Assembly (NCBI GenBank): GCA_963678065.2
Contig: CAXXVZ010000005.1
Location: 512,001 to 576,000, forward strand
Reading direction: 5' to 3'
DNA length: 64,000 nucleotides
Source: Treponemataceae bacterium
GTDB taxonomy: Bacteria; Spirochaetota; Spirochaetia; Treponematales; Rectinemataceae
How positions within the stretch are numbered: position 1 is the stretch's first letter; the number at the start of each line of letters is the position of its first letter. A program made the translations under genes and the position numbers. This document shows, piece by piece, positions 18,270 to 30,978 of this stretch. The notes under the pieces were generated by a model. That model saw nothing but the letters and a program-made list of their open reading frames with translations, searched no databases and was not told the DNA's origin.

Positions 18270-19256
18270 ATGGAAGCCCTGCTGCAGGTCAAAAACCTCA
18301 AAACGTATTTTTATACAGAGGATGGCATAGGCAAGGCGGTGAACGGCATCGATTTTGAAATCGGAAAAGAACGGACGGCAGGCATAGTCGGAGAATCGGG
18401 CTGCGGAAAATCCGTCACCGCGCTATCGATCATGGGACTCATCAGGAATCCTCCCGGAAAGATCGTTGAAGGCGAAATTCTGTATCACGGCAAAAGGGGA
18501 GTCATCGATATTGCGAAGCAGGATCCAACCGGTCAGCTGATGCGCTCCCTCCGCGGCAACGAGTTGGCCATGATTTTCCAGGAACCGATGACCTCCCTCA
18601 ATCCGGTCTACACGGTCGGCTTCCAGATCATGGAGGCGATCAGCCTCCATCAGGGCCTCGGCAAAAAAGAATCGCGCAATAAGGCTATCGAAATGCTGAA
18701 AGCCGTCGGCATCCAGGCGCCGGAAAAACGGATCGATTCCTACCCGCACGAGATGTCAGGCGGCATGCGCCAGCGGGTCATGATCGCGATGGCCTTGTCC
18801 TGCAATCCGTCCTTACTGATCGCGGATGAACCGACAACAGCCCTCGATGTCACCATTCAGGCTCAGGTCCTGGATCTCATGGCCGACCTGAAATCAAAAT
18901 TCCGGATGTCGCTCCTGTTCATCACGCACGACCTCGGCGTCGTCGCCAATATCGCCGATGATGTGATCGTCATGTACCTCGGGAAAATCGTGGAAAAGGC
19001 GACGGTCCGCGAGTTGTTCCGAAAGCCCCTCCATCCGTATACAAGAGGGTTGCTGGACTCACTGCCTTCGGCGAAGTCGAAGGCCAGCGCGAGGCTGATT
19101 CCCATAAAGGGGACGGTGCCCAGTCCTTTCGACGATGTCTCAGGCTGTGTGTTCCGCGAACGATGCCCGCATGCGAAGCCGGAATGTGGTGAAGCCATGC
19201 CGGAATTGCGGAAAACCGCGCCGGATCATCAGGTCGCCTGCATACTCGTGCCCTGA
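18270..19256 (+). CDS. Peptide ABC ATPase (DppD/OppD-like)
   Basis: [25 protein letters not shown] and HPYT motifs plus a C-terminal Cys cluster. Confidence 0.93.
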   Translation: MEALLQVKNLKTYFYTEDGIGKAVNGIDFEIGKERTAGIVGESGCGKSVTALSIMGLIRNPPGKIVEGEILYHGKRGVIDIAKQDPTGQLMRSLRGNELAMIFQEPMTSLNPVYTVGFQIMEAISLHQGLGKKESRNKAIEMLKAVGIQAPEKRIDSYPHEMSGGMRQRVMIAMALSCNPSLLIADEPTTALDVTIQAQVLDLMADLKSKFRMSLLFITHDLGVVANIADDVIVMYLGKIVEKATVRELFRKPLHPYTRGLLDSLPSAKSKASARLIPIKGTVPSPFDDVSGCVFRERCPHAKPECGEAMPELRKTAPDHQVACILVP

Positions 19257-19275
19257 AGCAATTTGGAGGACATGC

Positions 19276-20271
19276 ATGGAATCCGGGAATGTGCTGATTT
19301 CCGTACGACATCTGAAAAAAAGTTTTCCCGTCCGGAAAGGCCTGTTCGACAGGCAGAAACTGTACATGAACGCCGTCGACGACGTAAGTTTCGATATCAT
19401 GGACGGTGAGACTCTCGGACTCGTGGGCGAATCCGGTTGCGGCAAAACTACGGTCGGAAGGACGATTATCCGTCTCTACAAGCCTTCGTCGGGCGATATC
19501 TTCTTTTACACGCAGGGGCAGGAATACAATCTGGCCACCATCCCCTCCAAGGACCTCAAACCCATCCGCAGGCAGATGCAGATCGTTTTTCAGGATCCCT
19601 ACTCCTCACTGGATCCGAGGAAATCGATACGGGCCATTCTGGAAGAACCCCTCCTGACGCACAGCATTGGCACGAAAGATGAACGCGCGAGCCAGGTAAA
19701 GTTTCTGATCGAGGCCGTCGGGATGAAGGAAGAACACCTGAAACGGTATCCCCACGAATTCTCGGGCGGGCAGAGGCAGCGCATCGCAATAGCACGGGCA
19801 CTCGCCCTCCGGCCGAAATTAGTGATCGCTGATGAACCGGTTTCAGCCCTCGATGTCTCCATCCAGGCTCAGGTCCTCAACCTTCTGGAGGACCTGCAAG
19901 AGGAGTTCGGCACGACCTATCTGTTCATCGCCCACAATCTGGGAGTCATCAGGCACATAAGTTCGAGGATAGCGGTGATGTATCTCGGAAAAATCGTGGA
20001 GCTGGGGCAATCAGAGCGGCTCTTTTCCCGACCTGAGCATCCCTACACGGAAGCTCTGCTCTCATCCATTCTCCATCCCGATCCGGAGGAGAATAGCGAG
20101 AAGATCATCCTCGCCGGAGACATTCCCAGCCCCATGAACCCTCCACCTGGATGCCGCTTCCACACGCGGTGCAAATATGCAAAAAAAGTCTGTTCCTCGG
20201 ACGAGCCGCCGCTCAGCGATGTCGGGGATGGACATTCAGTGGCTTGCCACTACAATCTCGGAGCCAACTGA
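19276..20271 (+). CDS. Peptide ABC ATPase (DppF/OppF-like)
   Basis: GESGCGKT, FSGGQRQR, DEPVSALD and GCRFHTRC motifs; GGAGG RBS. Confidence 0.93.
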   Translation: MESGNVLISVRHLKKSFPVRKGLFDRQKLYMNAVDDVSFDIMDGETLGLVGESGCGKTTVGRTIIRLYKPSSGDIFFYTQGQEYNLATIPSKDLKPIRRQMQIVFQDPYSSLDPRKSIRAILEEPLLTHSIGTKDERASQVKFLIEAVGMKEEHLKRYPHEFSGGQRQRIAIARALALRPKLVIADEPVSALDVSIQAQVLNLLEDLQEEFGTTYLFIAHNLGVIRHISSRIAVMYLGKIVELGQSERLFSRPEHPYTEALLSSILHPDPEENSEKIILAGDIPSPMNPPPGCRFHTRCKYAKKVCSSDEPPLSDVGDGHSVACHYNLGAN

Positions 20272-20356
20272 TGGAAGCCCGGCTTTGAAGATGGAGGGAC
20301 CCATGAATACGTCCGGCGGCATACAGCCCTCCGCGGTGCGCTCCTGAGGAATATGA

Positions 20357-22471
<2,115 letters not shown>

Positions 22472-22527
22472 GCTCCCCTCCCGACCCCGCGCCATCGTGA
22501 TCGCGGCGCCATCGCCAGTGGCGACAC

Positions 22528-22595
22528 TTCGCCGCGATGGAGGCCTCGCCACAATAGTGGCCTCGCTGCAATACCGGCCCCGCCACAATAGTGGC
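22528..22595. repeat. Four tandem imperfect 17-bp repeats in a divergent intergenic region
   Basis: TTCGCCGCGATGGAGGC / CTCGCCACAATAGTGGC / CTCGCTGCAATACCGGC / CCCGCCACAATAGTGGC. Confidence 0.8.
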
Positions 22596-22633
22596 GCTTT
22601 CACTTCCGGCCCGCATCCTTCTATACTAGCACA

Positions 22634-23437
22634 ATGCCGGCTCTGAAAAAGGTCTACGTCGAGATAACGAACGTCTGCAACCTGCGCTGCGAATTCTGTC
22701 CTCCCGTCCTGAGGCCGCGCGGTTTCCTCGCGCGCGAGCGCTTTGGCATCATCCTCGGAAAACTCTCGGGCAGGGCGAAGATCCTCTATTTCCATATCAA
22801 AGGCGAGCCGCTCCTCCACCCCGAGCTCGGCAGCTTCCTCGACATGGCGCGTGAGGCCGGCTTCGCGGTCCACCTCACGACGAACGGAACCCTGCTTTCA
22901 GAGCGCCTCGACGCGCTTTTGGCCAGACCCGCGCTCGAACGCGTCAACATTTCCCTGCACAGCCTCGCCGGCCTTCCCGAGCAGGAGCGGAAGGACGCTG
23001 TCGAGGGCATTTTCGCCTCGATCGATATCCTCGCCCGCGAACCTTCGATCAAGGTCCTCAGCCTGCGCCAGTGGGACTCCTCCATCGCCGACAAAAACCT
23101 CGTCAGGCTGGGGCCGAAACTCAACTTTCACCCCGCGGAACGCTTCGTCTGGCCCGAGCTTCCCGGCATGGTCGACTTCGGCAGTACGGGCTTCTGCTAC
23201 GCCCTGCGCGATCAGGCGGGAATCCTCCTCGACGGCAGCGTCGTGCCCTGCTGCCTCGACGCGGAGGGGCGAATCACCCTCGGCAACATCTACGAAGGCG
23301 ACTGGGACGAGATCATGGCTTCGCCGCGCGCCCGGGCACTTTACAAGGGCTTCTCGGAACGGCGCGTGGTCGAGAGGCTCTGCCGGACTTGCGGATTCAG
23401 GACACGGTTCAACCTCGAACCGGACCAGGCGAGCTGA
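22634..23437 (+). CDS. Radical SAM protein with SPASM/twitch domain
   Basis: CNLRCEFC, GEPLLHP, TTNGT, DGSVVPCC.D and CRTC motifs. Confidence 0.9.
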   Translation: MPALKKVYVEITNVCNLRCEFCPPVLRPRGFLARERFGIILGKLSGRAKILYFHIKGEPLLHPELGSFLDMAREAGFAVHLTTNGTLLSERLDALLARPALERVNISLHSLAGLPEQERKDAVEGIFASIDILAREPSIKVLSLRQWDSSIADKNLVRLGPKLNFHPAERFVWPELPGMVDFGSTGFCYALRDQAGILLDGSVVPCCLDAEGRITLGNIYEGDWDEIMASPRARALYKGFSERRVVERLCRTCGFRTRFNLEPDQAS

Positions 23438-23476
23438 CCGCGCAGCGTCGTCGACTGAGTATATCCGCCGTTGGTA

Positions 23477-23514
23477 TTGCAAAATAGAATATTGAAGATT
23501 ATACTCTTCAATAT
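23477..23514 (+). promoter_or_regulatory. Sigma70-type promoter overlapped by a palindromic operator
   Basis: TTGCAA (23477), 17-bp spacer, TATACT (23500). The perfect inverted repeat ATATTGAAGA-N6-TCTTCAATAT (23489-23514) covers the -10 box and the start codon. Confidence 0.75.
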
Positions 23515-24724
23515 GATAGAAAGACCAAATTATGTCGAACGTATCCTGCAATTTTCCGACAGTCCCCTCATAAAAGTACTCTCCGGCATACGTCGTTCAG
23601 GGAAAAGTACCATCCTCGTGTTGCTGAAGGAAGCTCTGCTTCGGAAGGGATCGAACCCTGATACGATTCTCCACATCAACATGGAGAATCTAGAAAATGA
23701 CGGATTGCGGCACTATAGCGCTATGTACAAATACATCAAAGAAAAGCTTCCCGATGGCGGGTACCTCCTTCTCGACGAGGTGCAGGAAATCGAAGGCTGG
23801 GAACGGGTCCTCGCCTCGGTGCTCGCGGAAGGGAAAATCGACTGCACGATCACCGGTTCCAACGCACGATTGCTGTCTTCCGAACTCGCCACCCTACTCG
23901 CGGGACGATACATCGAAATACCCATCTTCACCCTCTCATTCAGGGAGTTCATCCTATTCGCCGGGCAATCGAACAACACATATTCCCGGGATGCCCTTTT
24001 CAGACGATACCTGACTGTCGGCGGCTTTCCCGGCATTCATTCCATTGTCCACGACGAAGGAATGATCCGGTCGTACCTGGAGTCGCTGGTAGACAGCATC
24101 ATCCTGAAAGACGTGGTCAAACGGCACGCGATACGGGATGCGGACACGCTGGACAGGGTCCTCAGATTCGCGATGGACAATGCGGGCAACCTTCTGTCCG
24201 CCCGATCGGTGCACGCTTTTTTCTTGTCCCAAGGGAGAAGTATTTCGGCCGACAAGGTGCGGGAATACCTTTCGTATCTGTGCGGAGCTTTTGCTCTGTA
24301 CAAAGTCAGACGATTCGACTTGCGCGGGAAACGCCATCTTGAATACGCGGAAAAATACTATCCCGGCGACATCGGTTTGCGACACGGGCTGATCGGTTCC
24401 CGCGACCGCGACATCTCCGGTCTCATGGAAAGCATCGTCTATCTCGAACTGCGAAGGCGAGGCTGGACCGTATCGATCGGGGTCTGGGACAATCTCGAAG
24501 TGGACTTCGTAGCCGAGCGCGGGAGCGAGAGGCGATACTACCAAGTCTGCTACCTTTTATCCGACGAATCCGTCATCAAGCGCGAGTTCGGCAATCTGGC
24601 GAAAATCCCCGACAACTATCCCAAACTCGTCCTCAGCCTCGACGAAGTCGCCCCCGACAATATCGACGGCATCCGACGCATGGATATCCGCGATTTCCTC
24701 CTCGAACCAGAGCAGACAAGCTGA
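23513..24724 (+). CDS. AAA_14 ATPase with DUF4143 and a PD-(D/E)XK-like C-terminus
   Basis: GIRRSGKS, LLDEVQ, ITGSN, LLAGRY, GGFP, KYY..DIG and EVDF...YYQV motifs. Confidence 0.88.
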   Translation: MIERPNYVERILQFSDSPLIKVLSGIRRSGKSTILVLLKEALLRKGSNPDTILHINMENLENDGLRHYSAMYKYIKEKLPDGGYLLLDEVQEIEGWERVLASVLAEGKIDCTITGSNARLLSSELATLLAGRYIEIPIFTLSFREFILFAGQSNNTYSRDALFRRYLTVGGFPGIHSIVHDEGMIRSYLESLVDSIILKDVVKRHAIRDADTLDRVLRFAMDNAGNLLSARSVHAFFLSQGRSISADKVREYLSYLCGAFALYKVRRFDLRGKRHLEYAEKYYPGDIGLRHGLIGSRDRDISGLMESIVYLELRRRGWTVSIGVWDNLEVDFVAERGSERRYYQVCYLLSDESVIKREFGNLAKIPDNYPKLVLSLDEVAPDNIDGIRRMDIRDFLLEPEQTS

Positions 24725-24761
24725 CCGCGTCTTCCTGTTTTGATCGTTCTTCGGAGTTTTG

Positions 24762-24801
24762 AAAACGAAAACAGGGACAGCCCCGAAGGACAGTCCCTGT
24801 T
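24762..24801 (-). terminator. Intrinsic terminator of the opp operon
   Basis: The minus strand forms an ACAGGGAC...GTCCCTGT stem with a TTCG loop followed by T-rich sequence. Confidence 0.75.
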
Positions 24802-24832
24802 CGATTCAATGTGATTTGTAAAGACCCGGCGT

Positions 24833-25867
<1,035 letters not shown>

Positions 25868-25869
25868 GA

Positions 25870-26853
25870 TCACTTCTCCTCCGCGTAGAGCCAGCAGGAC
25901 ACAGCCCTGCCGTCGTCGAATTTCACGCTGCCTGGGTATTTGTGCTTGCATTTGTCCATCGCCCGGTTGCAGCGGGGATAGAAGGGGCAGCAGTCCGGGA
26001 GGTCGATGACGTTCGGCGGCTGTCCCGGGATGGAATACAGGCGCTCGTTGTTCGCTTTGTCCAGCCTGGGCACGGACTTGATGAGTCCCTGGGTGTAGGG
26101 GTGCAGGGGCTTCTCGAAGATGGGGCCGGTCGGCCCGCGCTCGACGATGCGGCCCGCGTACATGACACAGAGGTTGTTGCACATGCCGGCGACGACGCCG
26201 AGGGAGTGGGTGATGAGGATGACGGCCGTGCCGAGACGGGCGGTCAGCTCCTTCATGAGCTCGAGGATCTGGGCCTGGATGGTGACGTCCAGCGCGCTCG
26301 TCGGCTCGTCCGCGATCAGGATCTCCGGATTGCAGGACAGCCCCATGGCTATCATGACGCGCTGGCGCATGCCGCCCGAGAACTGGTGTGGGTACTGGTC
26401 GATACGCTTCTCCGGTCCGGGGATTCCGGCCAGCTTGAGCATCTCGATGGCCTTTTCCTTCGCTGCCGCCTTGTCCAGTTTCTGGTGCAGGACGATGGTC
26501 TCGATCATCTGGGTCGAAATCTTGAGGAAGGGATTGAGGGAGGTCATGGGATCCTGGAAGATCATGGAGATCTTGTTTCCGCGGATTTCCCTGAGCTCGT
26601 GGGCGGGCATCGACACGAGATCCTTTCCGTGGAAGAGGACCACGCCTCCCGCGATCTTGCCGGGGGGATTCGGGATCATGTTGATGATGGAGAGGTTCGT
26701 GACGCTCTTGCCCGAGCCGGACTCTCCGACGATGCCGAGGGTTTCACCCGTGTGGAGGTCGAAACTGACGCCGTCGACGGCTTTCACGACGCCTTCGTCG
26801 ACATGAAAATAGGTTTTCAGGTCCTGGACCTGGAGGATGACTTCTTTGGTCAT
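25870..26853 (-). CDS. oppD: Oligopeptide ABC ATPase
   Basis: GESGSGKS, FSGGMRQR and ADEPTSALD motifs. Confidence 0.9.
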   Translation of the reverse strand: MTKEVILQVQDLKTYFHVDEGVVKAVDGVSFDLHTGETLGIVGESGSGKSVTNLSIINMIPNPPGKIAGGVVLFHGKDLVSMPAHELREIRGNKISMIFQDPMTSLNPFLKISTQMIETIVLHQKLDKAAAKEKAIEMLKLAGIPGPEKRIDQYPHQFSGGMRQRVMIAMGLSCNPEILIADEPTSALDVTIQAQILELMKELTARLGTAVILITHSLGVVAGMCNNLCVMYAGRIVERGPTGPIFEKPLHPYTQGLIKSVPRLDKANNERLYSIPGQPPNVIDLPDCCPFYPRCNRAMDKCKHKYPGSVKFDDGRAVSCWLYAEEK

Positions 26854-26871
26854 ATCGTGTGGCTCCTGGGC

Positions 26872-28131
26872 TTAGGCCCGGTTCTTGCTCTGCGGATCGA
26901 GTGCGTCGCGCAGGCCGTCGCCGAGGAAATTCATGCAGAACAGGAAGACTGTCATCGAGAGAGCCGGCGCCAAAAGCTGCCAGGTTCTGACTTCCATGCC
27001 CCGCACTCCTTCCGATACCAAGGTTCCCCAGGAGGCGTCGGGAGCCGACACGCCCAGGCCGAGGAAGGAGAGGAATGACTCGTTCATGATGAAGCTCGGC
27101 ATGAGTAGGGTCGAGAAGACGACGATGACGCCCAGGGTGTTGGGCAGAAGGTGGCGGAAGATGATTCGCGGGGTGCTCGCTCCCATGGAGCGGGCGGCCT
27201 CGACGAACTCGGCGTTCTTGAGGCTGATGATCTGTCCGCGAACGACGCGGGCTATCGTCAGCCAGGACACGAGGGCGATGGCCACGAAGAGTATGACGAA
27301 GCTTCCTCGCGCCGCCTCCCCGATCATCGCCATGATGATGATGACGATGAGCATGTAGGGAAGACCGTACATGATGTCGACGAAGCGCATGAGCATGTTG
27401 TCGACCCAGCCGCCGAGATAGCCCGAAATAGAGCCGATGAGGATGCCGACGAAGGCCGCCGTAAGCGTTCCGATTATGCCGATCGCGATGGAGATGCGCC
27501 CTCCGTAGATGACGCGGGCAAGCATGTCGCGGCCGAGGTCGTCCGTACCCATGATGTAGACGCGCTTGTGGACGGGGTCGGTGGCGATATCCTTCCTGAG
27601 CTGCTCGAGTTCGGCTTTCTGTGAAACGAGCTCGTTCTGCACGGGATCGCCGTAACCGCCGGAGGCTTGGCTCGTATCGGCCGCTTCGGTCGTCGTCGCA
27701 TCGCCGGCGCCGCCTGTATCGGTGCCGTCTGCGTGGGGTGTTTCGGGGGAACCGAAGTCGAAGCCTGTCGTCATGTCGTAGCTTCCGCCCTTGGACTCGG
27801 CTCCGCGCTGCGCGATGGTGGCCTCGAGATCCGCGATGCGCGCCTCGAGTTTCTTGACCGCGAGTTCGCCCGCGGGCCGGAAGGAGGGGGGAAGGCTCGT
27901 GTGGGCCATGACTTGCTTTGTGTAGTCGTAGATTATACCGGTCTTCGTGAGGAGAGGCGCGAAGAGCGTGAGGAGGATATAGAAGCTCACGACCCAGAGG
28001 CTCACGAGGGCGAATTTATTCTTGCGCAGCCGCTTCCAGGCGTCGGCCCAGAGAGACACTGGCTTCATGTGCTGGTTGAACTCGTTGACGGCGAGCGAGT
28101 CGGTTTTATTGTCTGTTTTCTTGCCGGACAT
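26872..28131 (-). CDS. oppC: Oligopeptide ABC permease with a long extracytoplasmic insertion
   Basis: SLWADAWKRLRKNK, GTDDLGRD, EFVEAARSMGA and GDGLRDALDP motifs. Confidence 0.9.
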   Translation of the reverse strand: MSGKKTDNKTDSLAVNEFNQHMKPVSLWADAWKRLRKNKFALVSLWVVSFYILLTLFAPLLTKTGIIYDYTKQVMAHTSLPPSFRPAGELAVKKLEARIADLEATIAQRGAESKGGSYDMTTGFDFGSPETPHADGTDTGGAGDATTTEAADTSQASGGYGDPVQNELVSQKAELEQLRKDIATDPVHKRVYIMGTDDLGRDMLARVIYGGRISIAIGIIGTLTAAFVGILIGSISGYLGGWVDNMLMRFVDIMYGLPYMLIVIIIMAMIGEAARGSFVILFVAIALVSWLTIARVVRGQIISLKNAEFVEAARSMGASTPRIIFRHLLPNTLGVIVVFSTLLMPSFIMNESFLSFLGLGVSAPDASWGTLVSEGVRGMEVRTWQLLAPALSMTVFLFCMNFLGDGLRDALDPQSKNRA

Positions 28132-28140
28132 GCCGTGCTC

Positions 28141-29067
28141 CTACTTGTACGAGATGCGGGGGTCGAGGAGTCCGTAAACGAGATCCACGACGAGGTTCAT
28201 GACGACAAGGATGAGAGAGTAGACGACTACCTCACCCATGATGAGGGTGTAATCCCGGTTGATGGCGGATTGGACGAAGGGGCGCCCGATGCCGGGGACC
28301 AGGAAAACAGTTTCGACGACGACAGAACCTACGACGATGCCGGAGAAAGCAGGGCCGAGATAGGTTACGACGGGAAGGAGGGCGCCTTTGAGCACGTGTT
28401 TTCGCACGACGACGGACTCTTTGAGGCCTTTGGCCCGCGCCGTCCGGATGTAATCCGAGCGCAGGACTTCGAGAATGCTGGCGCGGGAGAGGCGCGCGAT
28501 GTAGGCGAAGTAGGGGAAGGACAGTGTCAGGGCGGGAAGAATGATGGCTTTGAGCCCGTGGGTGGATATCCACTGGCCGATGGGGAGGATCTTAAGCCTC
28601 ATGCCAAAAAAAAGCTGAAGAATCGGTCCCATGACGAAGAGGGGCACCGATATTCCGATTACGGCGATCGAGACGGCGAGATAGTCGGGCCACTTGTTCT
28701 GCTTGAGGGCCGAAATAATGCCGACGAGAACGCCGAAGATGACGGCCGAGGTCAGGGCCGTGACACCGAGGGACAGAGATACAGGAAGTCCCGCGTCGAT
28801 CATCTCGTTGACGGTCTGGTCCTTCACGCGGTAGGAAGGTCCGAAATCCCATTTGATGACATTGCCGAGATAGTTCGTGTACTGGACGAGAAGGGGCTCG
28901 TCCAGGTGGTAGCGCTTCATGAGGTTCTGCAGGATGGCCTCGGGTACGTTCCTCTCGCGTGCGAAAGGGCCTCCAGGCGCAAGCCTGATCATGAAGAAGC
29001 TGACCGTAATGATGATGAAAAGCGTCGGAATGATGCTCAAGATTCGTCTGATATAAAATCTGGCCAT
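28141..29067 (-). CDS. oppB: Oligopeptide ABC permease
   Basis: APGGPF, DFGPS, YIRTARAKGL and NRDY motifs; ATG at 29067. Confidence 0.92.
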   Translation of the reverse strand: MARFYIRRILSIIPTLFIIITVSFFMIRLAPGGPFARERNVPEAILQNLMKRYHLDEPLLVQYTNYLGNVIKWDFGPSYRVKDQTVNEMIDAGLPVSLSLGVTALTSAVIFGVLVGIISALKQNKWPDYLAVSIAVIGISVPLFVMGPILQLFFGMRLKILPIGQWISTHGLKAIILPALTLSFPYFAYIARLSRASILEVLRSDYIRTARAKGLKESVVVRKHVLKGALLPVVTYLGPAFSGIVVGSVVVETVFLVPGIGRPFVQSAINRDYTLIMGEVVVYSLILVVMNLVVDLVYGLLDPRISYK

Positions 29068-29164
29068 CAGGTCCTGCTCCTTTGTTCGACGCAAAAGCAT
29101 GCCACAGAGAAAAATAACCGTCTGTGCCACGGCCCTCGAGGATGCTAGGCGCCTAAAGTGGAAT

Positions 29165-29196
29165 AAAAAAAACCGCAGGGCGGACTGCCCTGCGGT
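29165..29196 (-). terminator. Intrinsic terminator/attenuating hairpin between oppA and oppB
   Basis: ACCGCAGGGC-N5-GCCCTGCGGT followed by a T run on the minus strand. Confidence 0.85.
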
Positions 29197-29242
29197 CAGA
29201 AGTATAAACCTTTTTCTCGTATTCAGCTAGAGATTATTTTTT

Positions 29243-30790
29243 TTACTTCTTCGGCTGGATGTACTTCCAGGGGTGCTGGTTGAGCGGGTTCGGATACCAG
29301 CCGTCCCATTTGTCGAGGTTGATCATGTTCTGGGTGACATAGAAGTAGATGGGGAGTATGGCCATATCCTGGTTGATGAGGACGTCTTCCGCATCCATGA
29401 GGGTCTTGAGGCGCTCGGCGCCGGACTGCAGGCGGGCGTTCTCGATGGCGTCATCGTACTTCTTGTTGGAATAGAGGCCGTCGTTCTGGGTTCCGCCTGT
29501 GACCCACATGTCGGAGAAGGTGGAGGGATCCAGGTAGTCGGCGATCCAGCCGGCGCGGGCGATGTCGAAGTTGTGGGCAGAAGAGCGGGTATCGAGGTAG
29601 GTGGACCACTCCTGGTTCACGAGGTCTACGTTGATGCCGAGGTTCTCTTTCCACTGGGACTGGATGAACTCGCCGATGCGCTTGTGGTTGGAGCTGGTGT
29701 TGTAAAGGATGCTCATCTTGGGGAAGCCCTTGCCGTCAGGATAGCCGGCCTGGGCGAGTAATTTCTTGGCTTCCTCTACGTTGAAGGCGAAGCCCTTGGC
29801 GGGGGTGTATCCGGCGCTCGGGGGAACGAAGGAGTTGGCGGGAATCTGTCCACCCTTGGTGACTTTCTCGACGAGGGCTTTCTTGTCGATCGCGGAGGCG
29901 AGAGCCTTGCGGACGAGAACGTTGTCGAGGGGTTTGCGGGTCACGTTGATGATGAAATAGTAGGTTCCGTACTCGGGGGCGACATGGAAGTCCTTGCGGA
30001 GCTTGATCTCGTCCATGAGCTCGGAGGGAACGGTGTCGATCCAGTCCGCGGCGCCGGTCTTGTAGAGGTTGTAGCCGACGTTGACATCATCGTTCGGGAT
30101 GAAGGTGATTTTCTTGAGTTTGACGTTCTTGGCGTCCCAGTATTTGGGGTTGGGAACGGCGACGATCTTCTCCTGGGGTTTCCATTCGGAGAGGATGAAG
30201 GGGCCATCGGAGACCCAGTTGGCCGGTTTGACCCAGTCCTTGCCGTACTTCTCGATCGCGTGGATCGGGACGATGGCGAAGGCATAGTGGGTAGTCATGT
30301 CGGCAAAGTGGGGGGTGGGGCCCACGAGGTTTACCTGGAAGGTCTGCGGATCGACGGCTTTGATCTGGACGCTCTCGGGGCCGGCTTTTCCGGCGAGATA
30401 GTCGGCGGCGCCCGCGATGACTCCGGCCGGAAGGTCGGCGTACTGGAAGGCGTTCTTGGGATCCATCTTGCGGAGCCAGGACTTGACGACCGTGTCGGCG
30501 GTGATGGGAACGCCGTCGGACCAAGTGGCCTTGCGGAGCTTGAAGGTTACGGTCTTGTAATCCTTGCTGAAGGTCCAGCTCTCGGCGATTCCGGGAATGG
30601 CGCGGTTGGTCTTAGGATCGGAAACGGTGAGACCCTCGAAGAAGGCCATAGTCAGTCTGTGTTCAGGAACGCCTTCTACATAGTGCGGATCAAGCGAAGC
30701 GGGCTCGGCGCCATTCACGATGGTGAAGTTCTGCGCATTGACGGCAAATACCGTGAGCACAGCAAAGAGGACGACGAGTATTTTCTTCAT
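29243..30790 (-). CDS. oppA: Oligopeptide ABC substrate-binding protein
   Basis: Signal peptide; NGAEPASLDP, FEGL, WSDG.PITA, NPKYWD and GWIADY.DP motifs; AGGAGG RBS. Confidence 0.92.
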   Translation of the reverse strand: MKKILVVLFAVLTVFAVNAQNFTIVNGAEPASLDPHYVEGVPEHRLTMAFFEGLTVSDPKTNRAIPGIAESWTFSKDYKTVTFKLRKATWSDGVPITADTVVKSWLRKMDPKNAFQYADLPAGVIAGAADYLAGKAGPESVQIKAVDPQTFQVNLVGPTPHFADMTTHYAFAIVPIHAIEKYGKDWVKPANWVSDGPFILSEWKPQEKIVAVPNPKYWDAKNVKLKKITFIPNDDVNVGYNLYKTGAADWIDTVPSELMDEIKLRKDFHVAPEYGTYYFIINVTRKPLDNVLVRKALASAIDKKALVEKVTKGGQIPANSFVPPSAGYTPAKGFAFNVEEAKKLLAQAGYPDGKGFPKMSILYNTSSNHKRIGEFIQSQWKENLGINVDLVNQEWSTYLDTRSSAHNFDIARAGWIADYLDPSTFSDMWVTGGTQNDGLYSNKKYDDAIENARLQSGAERLKTLMDAEDVLINQDMAILPIYFYVTQNMINLDKWDGWYPNPLNQHPWKYIQPKK

Positions 30791-30978
30791 ACTACCTCCT
30801 GTGAGAAATGTACGAGCTTCTATAATATATAACCGTCTTTCGGGAGCCATGCAACTGTTTTTTTCACGAAGGACGGGTAAAGAGCAACTTCATGAAAAAA
30901 ACGGACGCGCGAGGCTTCAAAAGCCTGGAGTCGCACGGCAGCATTCATGCCGGCTGATCCAGTCGACCGGCCCTGAAG

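Larger units (their letters stand above)
23413..24729 (+). repeat. 30-bp imperfect direct repeats (23413-23442 and 24700-24729) bracketing the AAA/DUF4143 gene
   Basis: CCTCGAACCGGACCAGGCGAGCTGACCGCG versus CCTCGAACCAGAGCAGACAAGCTGACCGCG, 26/30 identical. Each copy contains a stop codon. Confidence 0.8.

Noticed and set aside
22528..22595. Possible mini CRISPR array
   Set aside because: The units are adjacent 17-mers with no unique spacers, and there are no cas genes in the window.
22634..23437. Radical SAM/SPASM protein as a RiPP maturase
   Set aside because: No short precursor peptide ORF, RRE domain or exporter was found next to it.
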